Source: Paramicrosporidium saccamoebae KSL3 (taxonomy: Eukaryota; Fungi; Cryptomycota). Taken from it: 32,000 nt of DNA. The stretch lies in contig MTSL01000117.1 of NCBI GenBank assembly GCA_002794465.1, positions 89,203 through 121,202 of the forward strand, read 5' to 3'. A model generated the notes under the pieces. It was not told the origin of the DNA, did not search any database, and worked only from the letters and a program-made list of their open reading frames with translations. Shown here in pieces: positions 20,506 to 29,543 of the stretch (position 1 is the first letter of the stretch; every line of letters starts with the position of its first letter). The position numbers were made by a program, and so were the translations under genes.

Positions 20506-21192
20506 ATGGAGCGTGAATTGGGAGCTACATGTACCCGGAACGACACTTGTCTGGGGAGTGTCTGCATCCAGGGACGATGTCGCGAACGTCCACAAGAACA
20601 ACGACGCGCCCGATTGCCAACAAACTCATCCTGTGGCAAGGGCGATCTCTGTCAGGACGGAATCTGTTGGGAGGGTCATTGTGTGCAAACATGCAGGGCA
20701 GCGGCAGATTGCCCGGTGGGAGCATTCTGTATCACCGTGTCATCGGGTGAGCGGATTTGCACAGCACCAAAGATACCAAACCTTATATCCACCCCACCAG
20801 AAGATAGGGAGGGCACGGTTGCTCTATCACCGTTTCTGGTAATCCCAACAGCCATTTTTATGGTAATGCTGGTGGTCTATGTAAGCTATGCGATATACGC
20901 TGACGTCTTTTCTACTCCTCCAAAGCCCAAGCCACCAGTACCCACTATTGAGGTGGCCGCAACACCCGTGCAGCCCACCTTTTCACGAGTGGCCATGTAT
21001 GTCGGACTCAGTCCAGCAGGCACAACAGTCATCCCGGAGCCCTACGTGGATGATCTCCCACGAACGCCGATTGAGAAACGCGAATTCTCAGATGTCAACT
21101 ATATGGCCGCTCCGATCAGTACGGTGCAGCCGGGTCCCGAGTTGTTGGCGTTAGAGCCCGAATTGGACTCGCAAACCCTATGGGACAACTAG
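20506..21192 (+). CDS. Single-pass membrane protein with three 4-Cys (EB/Dickkopf-like) modules and a Pro-rich tail
   Basis: C-x5-C-x4-C-x4-C twice plus a third variant, one hydrophobic helix (FLVIPTAIFMVMLVVYVSYAIY), no obvious signal peptide. Confidence 0.7.
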   Translation: MERELGATCTRNDTCLGSVCIQGRCRERPQEQRRARLPTNSSCGKGDLCQDGICWEGHCVQTCRAAADCPVGAFCITVSSGERICTAPKIPNLISTPPEDREGTVALSPFLVIPTAIFMVMLVVYVSYAIYADVFSTPPKPKPPVPTIEVAATPVQPTFSRVAMYVGLSPAGTTVIPEPYVDDLPRTPIEKREFSDVNYMAAPISTVQPGPELLALEPELDSQTLWDN

Positions 21193-21250
21193 TCATTTAT
21201 ATAGTGCAAGTGAAAGTTTATATGCACTGCATGTGTAATGTCTAATTATC

Positions 21251-21414
21251 GCACAATGTATAAACTCTATTCAATGATTTATGCTACCGTACACTGTATA
21301 AACTCTATTACAAAGATTCAAGCTTAAAGTACACTGTATAAATTCTATTACAAAGATTCAAGCTAACGTACACTGTATAAATTCTATTACAAAGATTCAT
21401 GCCAAAGTACAATC
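21251..21414. repeat. ~39-bp minisatellite, about 4.2 copies
   Basis: Units start at 21251, 21289, 21329 and 21368; consensus GTACACTGTATAAATTCTATTACAAAGATTCAAGCTAAC. Confidence 0.92.
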
Positions 21415-21430
21415 GAGAATATAGCAAGAG

Positions 21431-22261
21431 TTACAACTCTTTACGCTTTCGTGCAAGAGCAGCTTTGTATGGGGGAATGGTGGGCGGTTGAAGAGGATCA
21501 GTCCATACATAGTGTTCGTCAAGGGAATACGTCTTGTCCGAGTCATATCCGGCCAAATCGCCACAGGCTACAAAGGGCACCAATCGTCCATGCATAGAGT
21601 CTGTGGTGTCTGTGAAACGGAAGCCGTCCTCAATGAATTTGGTCAATGTGGTGGGCTCATAGCCGGCGGGTGGAGCATAGCCACGACATACAACAAAGGC
21701 CTCGAGACTGGAGTTGCGACTGCTAGCCGGTTTAGCGCAAAAGACGGCGTCGAAGAAGAGGCGTAGCTGCGTCAGTAGGATGTCTGCATCAGGACCACGG
21801 AAGATTTTGGCAACAAAGGAACCACCGGGTCGCAGGACGTGGGTGGTAATGTTGAGAGCGGCCAGCAGTAACTGACCCTGCACATATTCGTCCATGTCAT
21901 GCAAACCGGTAACATCGGGGGCTCCGTCGCATACCACAAGGTCGGCTGGTCCACCACAACACTCCACCACCGAACGTGCCGTCGTCAGTTTGGTAATATC
22001 TCCCTGCAGCTGCACCACGCCGTCAAGCGGTGCCATAAGCTGCAAATCCACAGCCACAATGCGGGCAGCTGGACACTTCTGGGCAAGCACTTGGGACCAT
22101 GAGCCGGGTGCGGCGCACAGGTCCACCACCCGCGTTACATTTGTGAAGAGAGAGAAATGTGCATCCAACTGGAGCAGTTTGAAGGCGGACCGGGCGCGCC
22201 AGCCCTGTTCCTTGGCCAAACGATAATAAATGTCACGCTTGTCCTTGCTCGTCCGTCCCAT
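21431..22261 (-). CDS. TRM7: tRNA Cm32/Gm34 2'-O-methyltransferase Trm7/FTSJ1
   Basis: [68 protein letters not shown]. Confidence 0.96.
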   Translation of the reverse strand: MGRTSKDKRDIYYRLAKEQGWRARSAFKLLQLDAHFSLFTNVTRVVDLCAAPGSWSQVLAQKCPAARIVAVDLQLMAPLDGVVQLQGDITKLTTARSVVECCGGPADLVVCDGAPDVTGLHDMDEYVQGQLLLAALNITTHVLRPGGSFVAKIFRGPDADILLTQLRLFFDAVFCAKPASSRNSSLEAFVVCRGYAPPAGYEPTTLTKFIEDGFRFTDTTDSMHGRLVPFVACGDLAGYDSDKTYSLDEHYVWTDPLQPPTIPPYKAALARKRKEL

Positions 22262-22428
22262 CTAACAAGGGTATGAATAGAGAGAGGTGGCATGAAAGGC
22301 TAGTGTATGGAATGGGTCTACAAATCTAAAAATTCTTAATCATAAGATTACGTCCAAGATGAGGAACAATACTTTTTCATCTCAACTCGCCTCAACTCTT
22401 CCTTTCCCATCTCAATACATCTTATATT

Positions 22429-22492
22429 ACATCTTGACATTTTGACATTTTGACATTTTGACATCTTGACATCTTGACATCTTGACATCTTG
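22429..22492. repeat. 8-bp microsatellite ACAT(C/T)TTG x8
   Basis: One ACATCTTG, three ACATTTTG, then four ACATCTTG, between the HemK stop and the TRM7 start. Confidence 0.93.
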
Positions 22493-22511
22493 ATACGTCT
22501 CATCCCATTTC

Positions 22512-23462
22512 TTACCTCAACCCACATTCTGCATTGGCATTTGACAGAATTACGGCTCGAGTTCGATTGGCAATGTCGGGGAGAGATTTGATCAAACAGT
22601 ATCCCTTGGTAGTGGCAATATCTCTTACTAAATTGACTTGAGATTCACTGCCATCCAGTTCGAGCACCACAGTGCTAATGCGCAGCATCGTAGCCACATC
22701 TAATAAACGACGATGGAAATTGCATCCATCCGTTCCACCCAACAACGCCTGTGTTGACTCCCATCGTCGCACATTTGGCGAAACTAAGCTGCTCCAATGC
22801 CGTTGCGGAATATATGGCGGATTGGATATCAAAAGATCAAAAGGCCCTTTGAGGGAACGAATGGCTTCATTGTCAAATACATTGCATCTTTGACTTTTCA
22901 CATTTGCCACGGAATTGAGTGCTGCATTCTGTCGAGCAAGTTGCACCGCCACGTCAGACTTGTCAATGGCGGTAACATGACATTTAATGTTCTTGGCTAA
23001 TGTAATGGCAATGCATCCTGATCCAGTGCCAACTTCTAAAATCTTCAAATCCTTACCATTTTGCAATCCCTTTGCATCTTTCAAAAAAGACTTTAGCCAT
23101 GTTTCCGTGTCCCTTCGGGGAATCAATACGGGAGATTGGACTCGAAACTGCATCCCAAGGAACGGTGTCCATCCCAACACATAGTCAATTGGTTTCCCTT
23201 TCTTGTATATTTGCGCCCACACCAGACGCAATCGTTCTCCATAAGAGGGAAAGGCACGCTGCAGGTAGTGGGCATCGGCTTTGGCAGCGTACCATTCTGA
23301 CAAGATGGTTGCATGGTTTTTAAAGACGTAGTGTATGAAAAGTTCCAACCCCTCACCCCGCTTCCGGGCTAGCCGAGCCTTAATTTGCTCACTGAGACGA
23401 TATGCATATCTTTTGGGTTGGTCCTGCAGCCGATTGAGGAAAAGTAATCGTTCGACCACCAT
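22512..23462 (-). CDS. MTQ1: Release-factor glutamine methyltransferase HemK/PrmC (mitochondrial MTQ1/HEMK1 type)
   Basis: KPIDYVLG...VLIPRRDTE, LEVGTGSGCI, DLLISNPPYI. Confidence 0.85.
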   Translation of the reverse strand: MVVERLLFLNRLQDQPKRYAYRLSEQIKARLARKRGEGLELFIHYVFKNHATILSEWYAAKADAHYLQRAFPSYGERLRLVWAQIYKKGKPIDYVLGWTPFLGMQFRVQSPVLIPRRDTETWLKSFLKDAKGLQNGKDLKILEVGTGSGCIAITLAKNIKCHVTAIDKSDVAVQLARQNAALNSVANVKSQRCNVFDNEAIRSLKGPFDLLISNPPYIPQRHWSSLVSPNVRRWESTQALLGGTDGCNFHRRLLDVATMLRISTVVLELDGSESQVNLVRDIATTKGYCLIKSLPDIANRTRAVILSNANAECGLR

Positions 23463-23511
23463 AATGAATTTTCAATTTACTTTTGGCGGGCGAATCGGAG
23501 TGGACCTCATT

Positions 23512-25413
23512 ATGGTCCGCACTGCCGAATATCTCTCTGATGACTTTGACCCTTCCAAACTGACGAAACCGCAGCTGCGAAGCATTTTGGCGTCGCATGG
23601 CGTTGTGGACCTGCCGCCTGCTACAGCCCGCAAGGAGGTGCTGTTGGAGCTATTTGAGGAGAATATACGTTCCAAGGCCCAGAGCATTAAAAAGGCCGCC
23701 CGGGTGCGAGCGTCAGATAAAGGGATCGCCTTTTTGGATGCCGAGTCACAGCCCAGTCCAAAGCGTTCTCCACCACGCGCAAAGTCACGTCGTGGTCGCT
23801 CCACTGCTGAGACAAGGTCTCGTGGACGCACAACGACAAGAACTGTAAGCAAATCGCCCACCCGCAGATCCTCAGGAAAAGATAAACGGGGCCGGTCTCC
23901 AGGAAAGGAAAGATCATTATTGGTTGAGGAGAAATCACCAGTGAAAAAGTCTCCTAGAAAGCAGCTTTCAGTTCGAAAGAGATCATCCTCAAGATCTCCG
24001 ACTCCCACAAGAACCTCTAAACCTGCAAGGTCTCCAACGCCCACAAGAACCTCAAAGCCTGCAAGATCTCCAACGCCCACTAAATCATCGAAACGTGCAA
24101 AATCTCCAACCCCCACAAGGTCTTCAACCCCCACCCGGAGAACTCAATCGCCTGCCCGCGCCAGCAGTCCGTTGAGTATATTGCAACGATCATTGCCCAA
24201 ATACTCGGACTCTCCACAGAGTGCCACGGCAAAGCTGCACGATCGGCTCGAGTTTATTGCCACAGCTAATCGACTCAGTGGAGCTAAAAAGGTTATTGAG
24301 CCGACACGGAGGACACGGTCCAAATCGCCAATCCGTTCTTTGATTCTAAAGACAAATCCCTCAAAATATCTGCTACGGCCACTGCTGCGACGTCTCTCCC
24401 CCATCCTGAGGTTTTTGTTCATCGGCCTAGTGGCAGTCTTGGTGGGCATGTATGTGCGCTTCAAGGTGTTCTATCCATTGCCATATTGTCAGAGCGGCGT
24501 GGAACTAACACGATATCTACCACGGTCGACACGGGATGTAATACAGATGTGGCAGGAGCTGTGTGTTCCGTGTCCTGTGCATGGAAGCTGCCGTAACGGC
24601 TCTTTGGTCTGCGAGGACGGCTTTGTGGAACGACCCAATTGGATTGCATTGGGCAGTGCCTGCGTCCCTGATTACCGCAAAATGTCCATGGTGGATGATA
24701 TGGTGACCAAGATACGTACTTTGCTGGCTGATCGTGCCGGAAAGGCGCTTTGTGGCGAGGTGGACGAGAGGATGCGTGTTGTCACTGATGCTGAATTGGC
24801 ACGTCTACTGCCGCTGGCCCATCCCCACGCCGAATGGAATTCCATGCAATTTGACTCGTTGTATCGGTTGGCCCTGTTGGACCTTGGAAAGAACAGTGCT
24901 GCTTATGGCATTGATCTTTCCCACAATCCCATTGACAGCCAAATCATGCTGCAGAGTAAGACCCCTCGCATTACCCTTAAATGTCGTCTCCAGCTCTTCT
25001 GCCAGAATGTTTATGCACGGTTCTTTATCCAGATTTGGACTGGCGGCGCTTTGATTGTTCTCTTGCTGCTTGTTTCCCTCGTTGGATATAACAATTCCAA
25101 GACAACAAGACGGGTGGATGAACTCGTCCAGGCCGTGTTGCAGATTCTGGCCGAACAGGATGCTCTCAATCGACGGGACCCCACTGTTACCAGCACCATC
25201 TCCATCCATCAAATCCGTGATGCCCTCTTTTTCAAAAACAATGTGCGTCTGCGCAACCGTCTCTGGCCCAAAGTCTGTCGCGCCATCAGTCTCAACAGCA
25301 ATGTGCGCGAATCTGTCATGAGCATCAAAGGCGAGCAACATCGCGTCTGGGAATGGATTGGCTCTGATGTGCTCTCTCCTCTCCGTCACCATGTATCCCT
25401 TTCATCATCCTGA
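23512..25413 (+). CDS. SRC1: Inner nuclear membrane LEM/HeH protein (Src1/Heh1, Man1/LEM2 family)
   Basis: HeH motif YLSDDFDPSKLTKPQLRSILASHGV, two TM helices, Cys-containing lumenal MSC domain (CVPCPVHGSC), C-terminal NSNVRESVMSIKGEQHRVWEWIG. The start at 23512 was chosen over the upstream in-frame ATGs. Confidence 0.88.
   Translation: MVRTAEYLSDDFDPSKLTKPQLRSILASHGVVDLPPATARKEVLLELFEENIRSKAQSIKKAARVRASDKGIAFLDAESQPSPKRSPPRAKSRRGRSTAETRSRGRTTTRTVSKSPTRRSSGKDKRGRSPGKERSLLVEEKSPVKKSPRKQLSVRKRSSSRSPTPTRTSKPARSPTPTRTSKPARSPTPTKSSKRAKSPTPTRSSTPTRRTQSPARASSPLSILQRSLPKYSDSPQSATAKLHDRLEFIATANRLSGAKKVIEPTRRTRSKSPIRSLILKTNPSKYLLRPLLRRLSPILRFLFIGLVAVLVGMYVRFKVFYPLPYCQSGVELTRYLPRSTRDVIQMWQELCVPCPVHGSCRNGSLVCEDGFVERPNWIALGSACVPDYRKMSMVDDMVTKIRTLLADRAGKALCGEVDERMRVVTDAELARLLPLAHPHAEWNSMQFDSLYRLALLDLGKNSAAYGIDLSHNPIDSQIMLQSKTPRITLKCRLQLFCQNVYARFFIQIWTGGALIVLLLLVSLVGYNNSKTTRRVDELVQAVLQILAEQDALNRRDPTVTSTISIHQIRDALFFKNNVRLRNRLWPKVCRAISLNSNVRESVMSIKGEQHRVWEWIGSDVLSPLRHHVSLSSS
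23992..24135 (+). repeat. Coding 36-bp tandem repeat (RSPTPTRTSKPA x about 4)
   Basis: Units start at 23992, 24028, 24064 and 24100. Confidence 0.88.
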
Positions 25414-25579
25414 CCTGTGTAGATGTAATGTCATTCCATCAATAATCTAATGTTGTAATTGGGCATATATTTTGAATTCAAAGATTGTTGAATTTTAGTG
25501 TGTGGTGCATTTAGTGTTGTGTAATTCCACCTCACTCCATTTCATCTCACTTACAACTATTTAACGGTAATCAATTTTC

Positions 25580-26545
25580 ATGCCAGAGCATGAGGAATGG
25601 GCTCGTTTAGTCCATGATAAATACGATCAATGCGGTTTTCGGCTGCATCGACATGGGGAATGGACCGTTATTGCTGGCATTTTGGAGGTTAGTAATGGTC
25701 CACACGTAGTCGCTCTCGGGGCCGGTTTAAAATGTCTTCCCGTATGCGCCATCCCGTCAGAGCTGCGACACCAACTGGTTCGTGATAGTCACGCCGAGGT
25801 TCTAGCTCGACGCGCCCTCATCCGTTATTTGCTTGCTGGTCATCAACCGGGTCGTCTTGTCATGTACATTAGTCACAGTCCCTGTGGTGACGCTTCAATG
25901 CATGTCCTCGAGGCTCCTCTTGTGAAACGGATAAAGCTGACGCGTGGCCGAGATGATGCAGCAACACGAGGACTGCGCACCAAACCAGGAAGAAGAGATT
26001 CCCCACCAACCGAGTGCGTTTCGTGCACCGACAAGATTGCTCTGTGGGGGACGGTGGGATGGCAAGGCGCCCTCATCGACGAGACAGTCCATATAGAGGA
26101 AATTTTGATTGGCGAGCATTTCGATAGTGACGCCCTTGAAACTGGAATCAATGACAAGTCTGTCAACAAATATACATTTACAAAGTACACAGGTCTGCCG
26201 TTCAAACACAGTCGGGCGGCTGTTCTGGCTACGGGATTAGATGAAAGGCTACTGGTGCCGTCCAGTGTGGCCCAGGTGTGGTATGAGGGAGGCAAGCCTG
26301 AGACCTTGACTGATGGACGCAAGCTCGGATCTGCCAAACCCCGTGTCACTCTGCCAGTAAAATCTCAAAGCTGCATCTCCACTGAAAATATTGCCCGTGC
26401 CAGAGGAGTAGAGGCTGTTGTGGGCAAACAAAAGAACACCAAGTATCAATTTCAAAAGAAAATGGCGTTGCAAGGTCCGTTCCAGGACTGGCCTGTAAGT
26501 GATCCCGTCATGAAATCCTTCCGAGATTCACAGTCTCCGTGCTAG
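25580..26545 (+). CDS. TAD1: tRNA-specific adenosine deaminase Tad1/ADAT1
   Basis: ALGAGLKC, DSHAE, SPCGDAS, LRTKPGR, SCTDKIALW...WQGAL. No dsRNA-binding domains, so Tad1 rather than ADAR. Confidence 0.88.
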   Translation: MPEHEEWARLVHDKYDQCGFRLHRHGEWTVIAGILEVSNGPHVVALGAGLKCLPVCAIPSELRHQLVRDSHAEVLARRALIRYLLAGHQPGRLVMYISHSPCGDASMHVLEAPLVKRIKLTRGRDDAATRGLRTKPGRRDSPPTECVSCTDKIALWGTVGWQGALIDETVHIEEILIGEHFDSDALETGINDKSVNKYTFTKYTGLPFKHSRAAVLATGLDERLLVPSSVAQVWYEGGKPETLTDGRKLGSAKPRVTLPVKSQSCISTENIARARGVEAVVGKQKNTKYQFQKKMALQGPFQDWPVSDPVMKSFRDSQSPC

Positions 26546-26553
26546 GCAGTTTA

Positions 26554-29217
26554 TTACGATTGGTTTAAAGTGATAATTTTGTGATAGACCGGTGCCAGCA
26601 CTTCACGATGCAGCCGGTACGCCCGCACTAGTTCCTCTGCTGCAGCATTATAATCTGGACAGAGACCTTTGGCGAATCCATTACGCACCATACTGGAGAC
26701 GGGTTTGGGAGTAGGGCTGTCGTCGAGCATTCCTTGGCGGAGTAATGCACTTACTCGTCGAGTTAGCAACGTAACGAGAGGGTCAGTCCCTGAAAGGACC
26801 CTCTCAACTGCACTTTTAATTGATGATTCCAATCCTTTGGCATTCCGACAGAGCTCGGCTACAATGTTTTCAGAATCTGTTCGGAGAGTCAGTAATCGAC
26901 ATTGTAAGACGGCGTCTTCTGGATCCGGATGTCCCAGACTGCGGAGGGATAGCGCCAGTGCACTGAGCCTAATGAAATCTGAAAACGATTGCTGCAGTCG
27001 GCGCAGTCGGTCATGTTCGAGACATAAAAGTTCGCAGTGCCGAGTCTCAACCGCTTCCATATCTTTTAGATTGTCATGTCCGTATCCTAACACTACCAGA
27101 AACACCTCAGCGATTGTTGCATGCAATTTGCCCAATGGCTTCCGATCCGTGTGCAGGCCGCTGATACGTGAATCAACAAGACAAATTAGCTTTTCAGCGA
27201 TAGGGAATGGTTGATTGAGAATGTGTTCTGCGTACCAATCGCGTTCGTATGACACGATCATCTTTGCCAACTTTGGCTTTAGGGTGTTCAGATTAAAGTT
27301 GGACAGATCCTCATGCATCAGCATTAGCATGGTGCCCATTTCGTGGCACAGTGCCTCTATACTGTCACTATTTGCTTTAGCCTTCTCCAATAGCTGTTGC
27401 ACTCCCGAGTCACGCACTGGTGCACACATGCCTCCCATAGTGCTGCACAAAAACTCGAGAATCTGGAATGGTTCCAAGGCGCCATTCCGCAGCTGTTCCT
27501 GTAAAAAGACATCGGGAAGACTTTCTTGCAATTGCTCAGCCAGTGTGCCCTTCCAATTGACCATGTCGAGCAAATGTTTTTTGACGAGCAGCGCAAATTG
27601 CAAAAAGGTCGCCATATCCTGACCCTCCACTGCCGGTGCTTCAAACTCGGCAACAAAGGGTCGGCCGGTGGTCATTTCCATCAGTTTCCTATGATTAAAT
27701 GTGGGATCCACCATTAGCTCATGAGCGATCCTAATTCTCTCAGTTGCAGAGTTTTCAGATTTCAAAGATGATTCTTGGACTCCTCCCTCACGCTCTGAAA
27801 GCGACTCGTTGGACTTTCCTTCACACCTTGGAAATGACTCGTTGGATTTTCCTTCACACCTTGGAAGTGACTCGTTGGATCTTTCCTCATATTTGGAAAG
27901 TGATTCTACAATCTCTATTGCAAATTTTCTCTTCTCCTCGTCTTCTAGCTGTGGTTGTTCATTAAAGTCAATCTTTTCATCATTCGGCTTGGTGAGAATG
28001 TCAATTTTCATTCCTCGTAGTGTATTTTCTAACTCGTCAATGCTTGACTGGCCTGCCACCCGCTTCAGAGCATTTCGTAGACGTTCCTGATGTCTTTTGA
28101 CATGTGGCATCCACTCGGCTCGCGCTTCCGATCCCAGGCTACTCACAATGTCCTGGAGGTTGATGTAGTCTTGTTGCATGTTTTTAACAAGCATCGGACG
28201 GCTTTGGGCCTGCCAGATGCCAAAAGAGTCACGGAAAACGCCCCATTGTTCAGCAACAGCAAGCATTCCAGCGCGGGTTGGATTGAGGAGAAAGGTTCCG
28301 AGTCCTTCTGATAATGTGCTCGCATGGTCCAAGAGTGTGATTTCCTCCCCCGATGCATTAGGCATCACCTCGTTTCCGTATTGATCGAGGAGAATTGCAG
28401 TTAATAGGATCCTCCCTGCCCGAGATGGGTTTGTCAAGCGTTCTGCAACTGGATCGCACTTGATGATTCGAAGCACAAAGTTTGCAGCAATCTCAATTAC
28501 CTGCTTGCTCATCATCAGCTTCTTCATATTCTCATAATCTTCAGTGTCGAGAATTCCAGTCTTCAGAAGCTCATTCACCAGGGGCCGGATCTTACCCCGT
28601 AGCCACGTGCATTGGATCAACAGGGCCATTTCGTTCAAAAGGGCCGAGCTCCCAACCTCCACTTGTAGCAATTTGCTCCGTGGTACCATCCGCAGTCGTT
28701 CTCTTCGATATTGCACCACAAAGTCTCTTTGTTTCATGCGGGCCCAGAATTCCCGTTGCTCCTTTTCCGTCTTTCGTTTTTGTTGGGCCACCGACTGTTT
28801 TCTTTTCCGTTCTCTTTCTTCCCGCTCTCGCGCCATGCGTTCCCTCATCTCGCTTCTTTTATTTTCAGCGCTCGCCTGGCTACTACTAAGCCGACGATGG
28901 AGTGCCTCGGCTTTGGCTTGGGGCGATTCGCTATGACCGGCTAGTCGTGATTTATGATCTTGTAGTATGGAAGATCTGCGTGTCTGTGTGCCGCTCGGGG
29001 AGGAAGAGAGACTTCCTAGGAGGGAGTTTTGTTGCATCCGTTCCTCTGGATGGAATCCCTTTGGCAGACTGGATGAGAATGGCGTGGGAGGAGCAGACTG
29101 CACGCATTCATCGCCCTCCAAAGAAATGAAAAACATTGTTCCATTTGGACCATCCGGAGACGACACGCTTTCGGATGCCGTTTGCATGTGTATATTGTTC
29201 TGATCTGCTCCGACCAT
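26554..29217 (-). CDS. TCP11/Sok1 family protein
   Basis: RIAHELMVD, MCAPVRD, DLSNFNLNTLKPKLAKMIVSYERDW, LCLEHDRLRRLQ; N-terminal low-complexity/coiled-coil region and an IQ-like LIQCTWLR. First ATG 29217. Confidence 0.8.
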   Translation of the reverse strand: MVGADQNNIHMQTASESVSSPDGPNGTMFFISLEGDECVQSAPPTPFSSSLPKGFHPEERMQQNSLLGSLSSSPSGTQTRRSSILQDHKSRLAGHSESPQAKAEALHRRLSSSQASAENKRSEMRERMAREREERERKRKQSVAQQKRKTEKEQREFWARMKQRDFVVQYRRERLRMVPRSKLLQVEVGSSALLNEMALLIQCTWLRGKIRPLVNELLKTGILDTEDYENMKKLMMSKQVIEIAANFVLRIIKCDPVAERLTNPSRAGRILLTAILLDQYGNEVMPNASGEEITLLDHASTLSEGLGTFLLNPTRAGMLAVAEQWGVFRDSFGIWQAQSRPMLVKNMQQDYINLQDIVSSLGSEARAEWMPHVKRHQERLRNALKRVAGQSSIDELENTLRGMKIDILTKPNDEKIDFNEQPQLEDEEKRKFAIEIVESLSKYEERSNESLPRCEGKSNESFPRCEGKSNESLSEREGGVQESSLKSENSATERIRIAHELMVDPTFNHRKLMEMTTGRPFVAEFEAPAVEGQDMATFLQFALLVKKHLLDMVNWKGTLAEQLQESLPDVFLQEQLRNGALEPFQILEFLCSTMGGMCAPVRDSGVQQLLEKAKANSDSIEALCHEMGTMLMLMHEDLSNFNLNTLKPKLAKMIVSYERDWYAEHILNQPFPIAEKLICLVDSRISGLHTDRKPLGKLHATIAEVFLVVLGYGHDNLKDMEAVETRHCELLCLEHDRLRRLQQSFSDFIRLSALALSLRSLGHPDPEDAVLQCRLLTLRTDSENIVAELCRNAKGLESSIKSAVERVLSGTDPLVTLLTRRVSALLRQGMLDDSPTPKPVSSMVRNGFAKGLCPDYNAAAEELVRAYRLHREVLAPVYHKIITLNQS
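27770..27901 (-). repeat. Coding 33-bp tandem repeat (11 aa, SNESLPRCEGK-type) x4
   Basis: Units start at 27770, 27803, 27836 and 27869; the middle two are nearly identical. Confidence 0.85.
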
Positions 29218-29274
29218 GATCACGTCCTCCTTGGTCGGCTATTAATAGTCAGAGGAGCAATTGCCCAATTTCAG

Positions 29275-29285
29275 CGACCAATCAG
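29275..29285 (+). promoter_or_regulatory. CCAAT box upstream of the TCP11-like gene
   Basis: CGACCAATCAG, identical to 12731-12741. Confidence 0.45.
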
Positions 29286-29427
29286 ATTACTTCTAAAAAT
29301 AGTAGGACATGGTCAGTCACGCAGTGCTCATTCTATTGGCCCCGTTGTAAGGATACGAATTGCTAGCCTGTTATTGTGGATCAATTTGTCGAGTATGTAG
29401 AAATTCAGGCCCACACCTACCAGGTTC

Positions 29428-29501
29428 GCAGACGTGGCGCAATGGACTAGCGCATTCGGCTTCGGACCGAAAGGTTGCGGGTTCGAATCCCGTCGTCTGT
29501 A
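29428..29501 (+). tRNA. trnR-UCG: tRNA-Arg(UCG), intronless
   Basis: Acceptor GCAGACG/CGTCTGT, D stem GCGC/GCGC, anticodon arm TTCGG-CTTCGGA-CCGAA, T arm GCGGG-TTCGAAT-CCCGT. Confidence 0.95.
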
Positions 29502-29509
29502 ATTGGCTA

Positions 29510-29515
29510 TTTTTT
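29510..29515 (+). terminator. Pol III oligo-T terminator
   Basis: Six Ts, 8 nt after the tRNA-Arg 3' end. Confidence 0.7.
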
Positions 29516-29543
29516 ATGAAATTTTATTATGAAACACTACTTG

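Noticed and set aside
23472-24134. 220-aa antisense ORF with repeated VGVGDL motifs
   Set aside because: Mirror of the LEM protein's RSPTPT repeats; no independent evidence.
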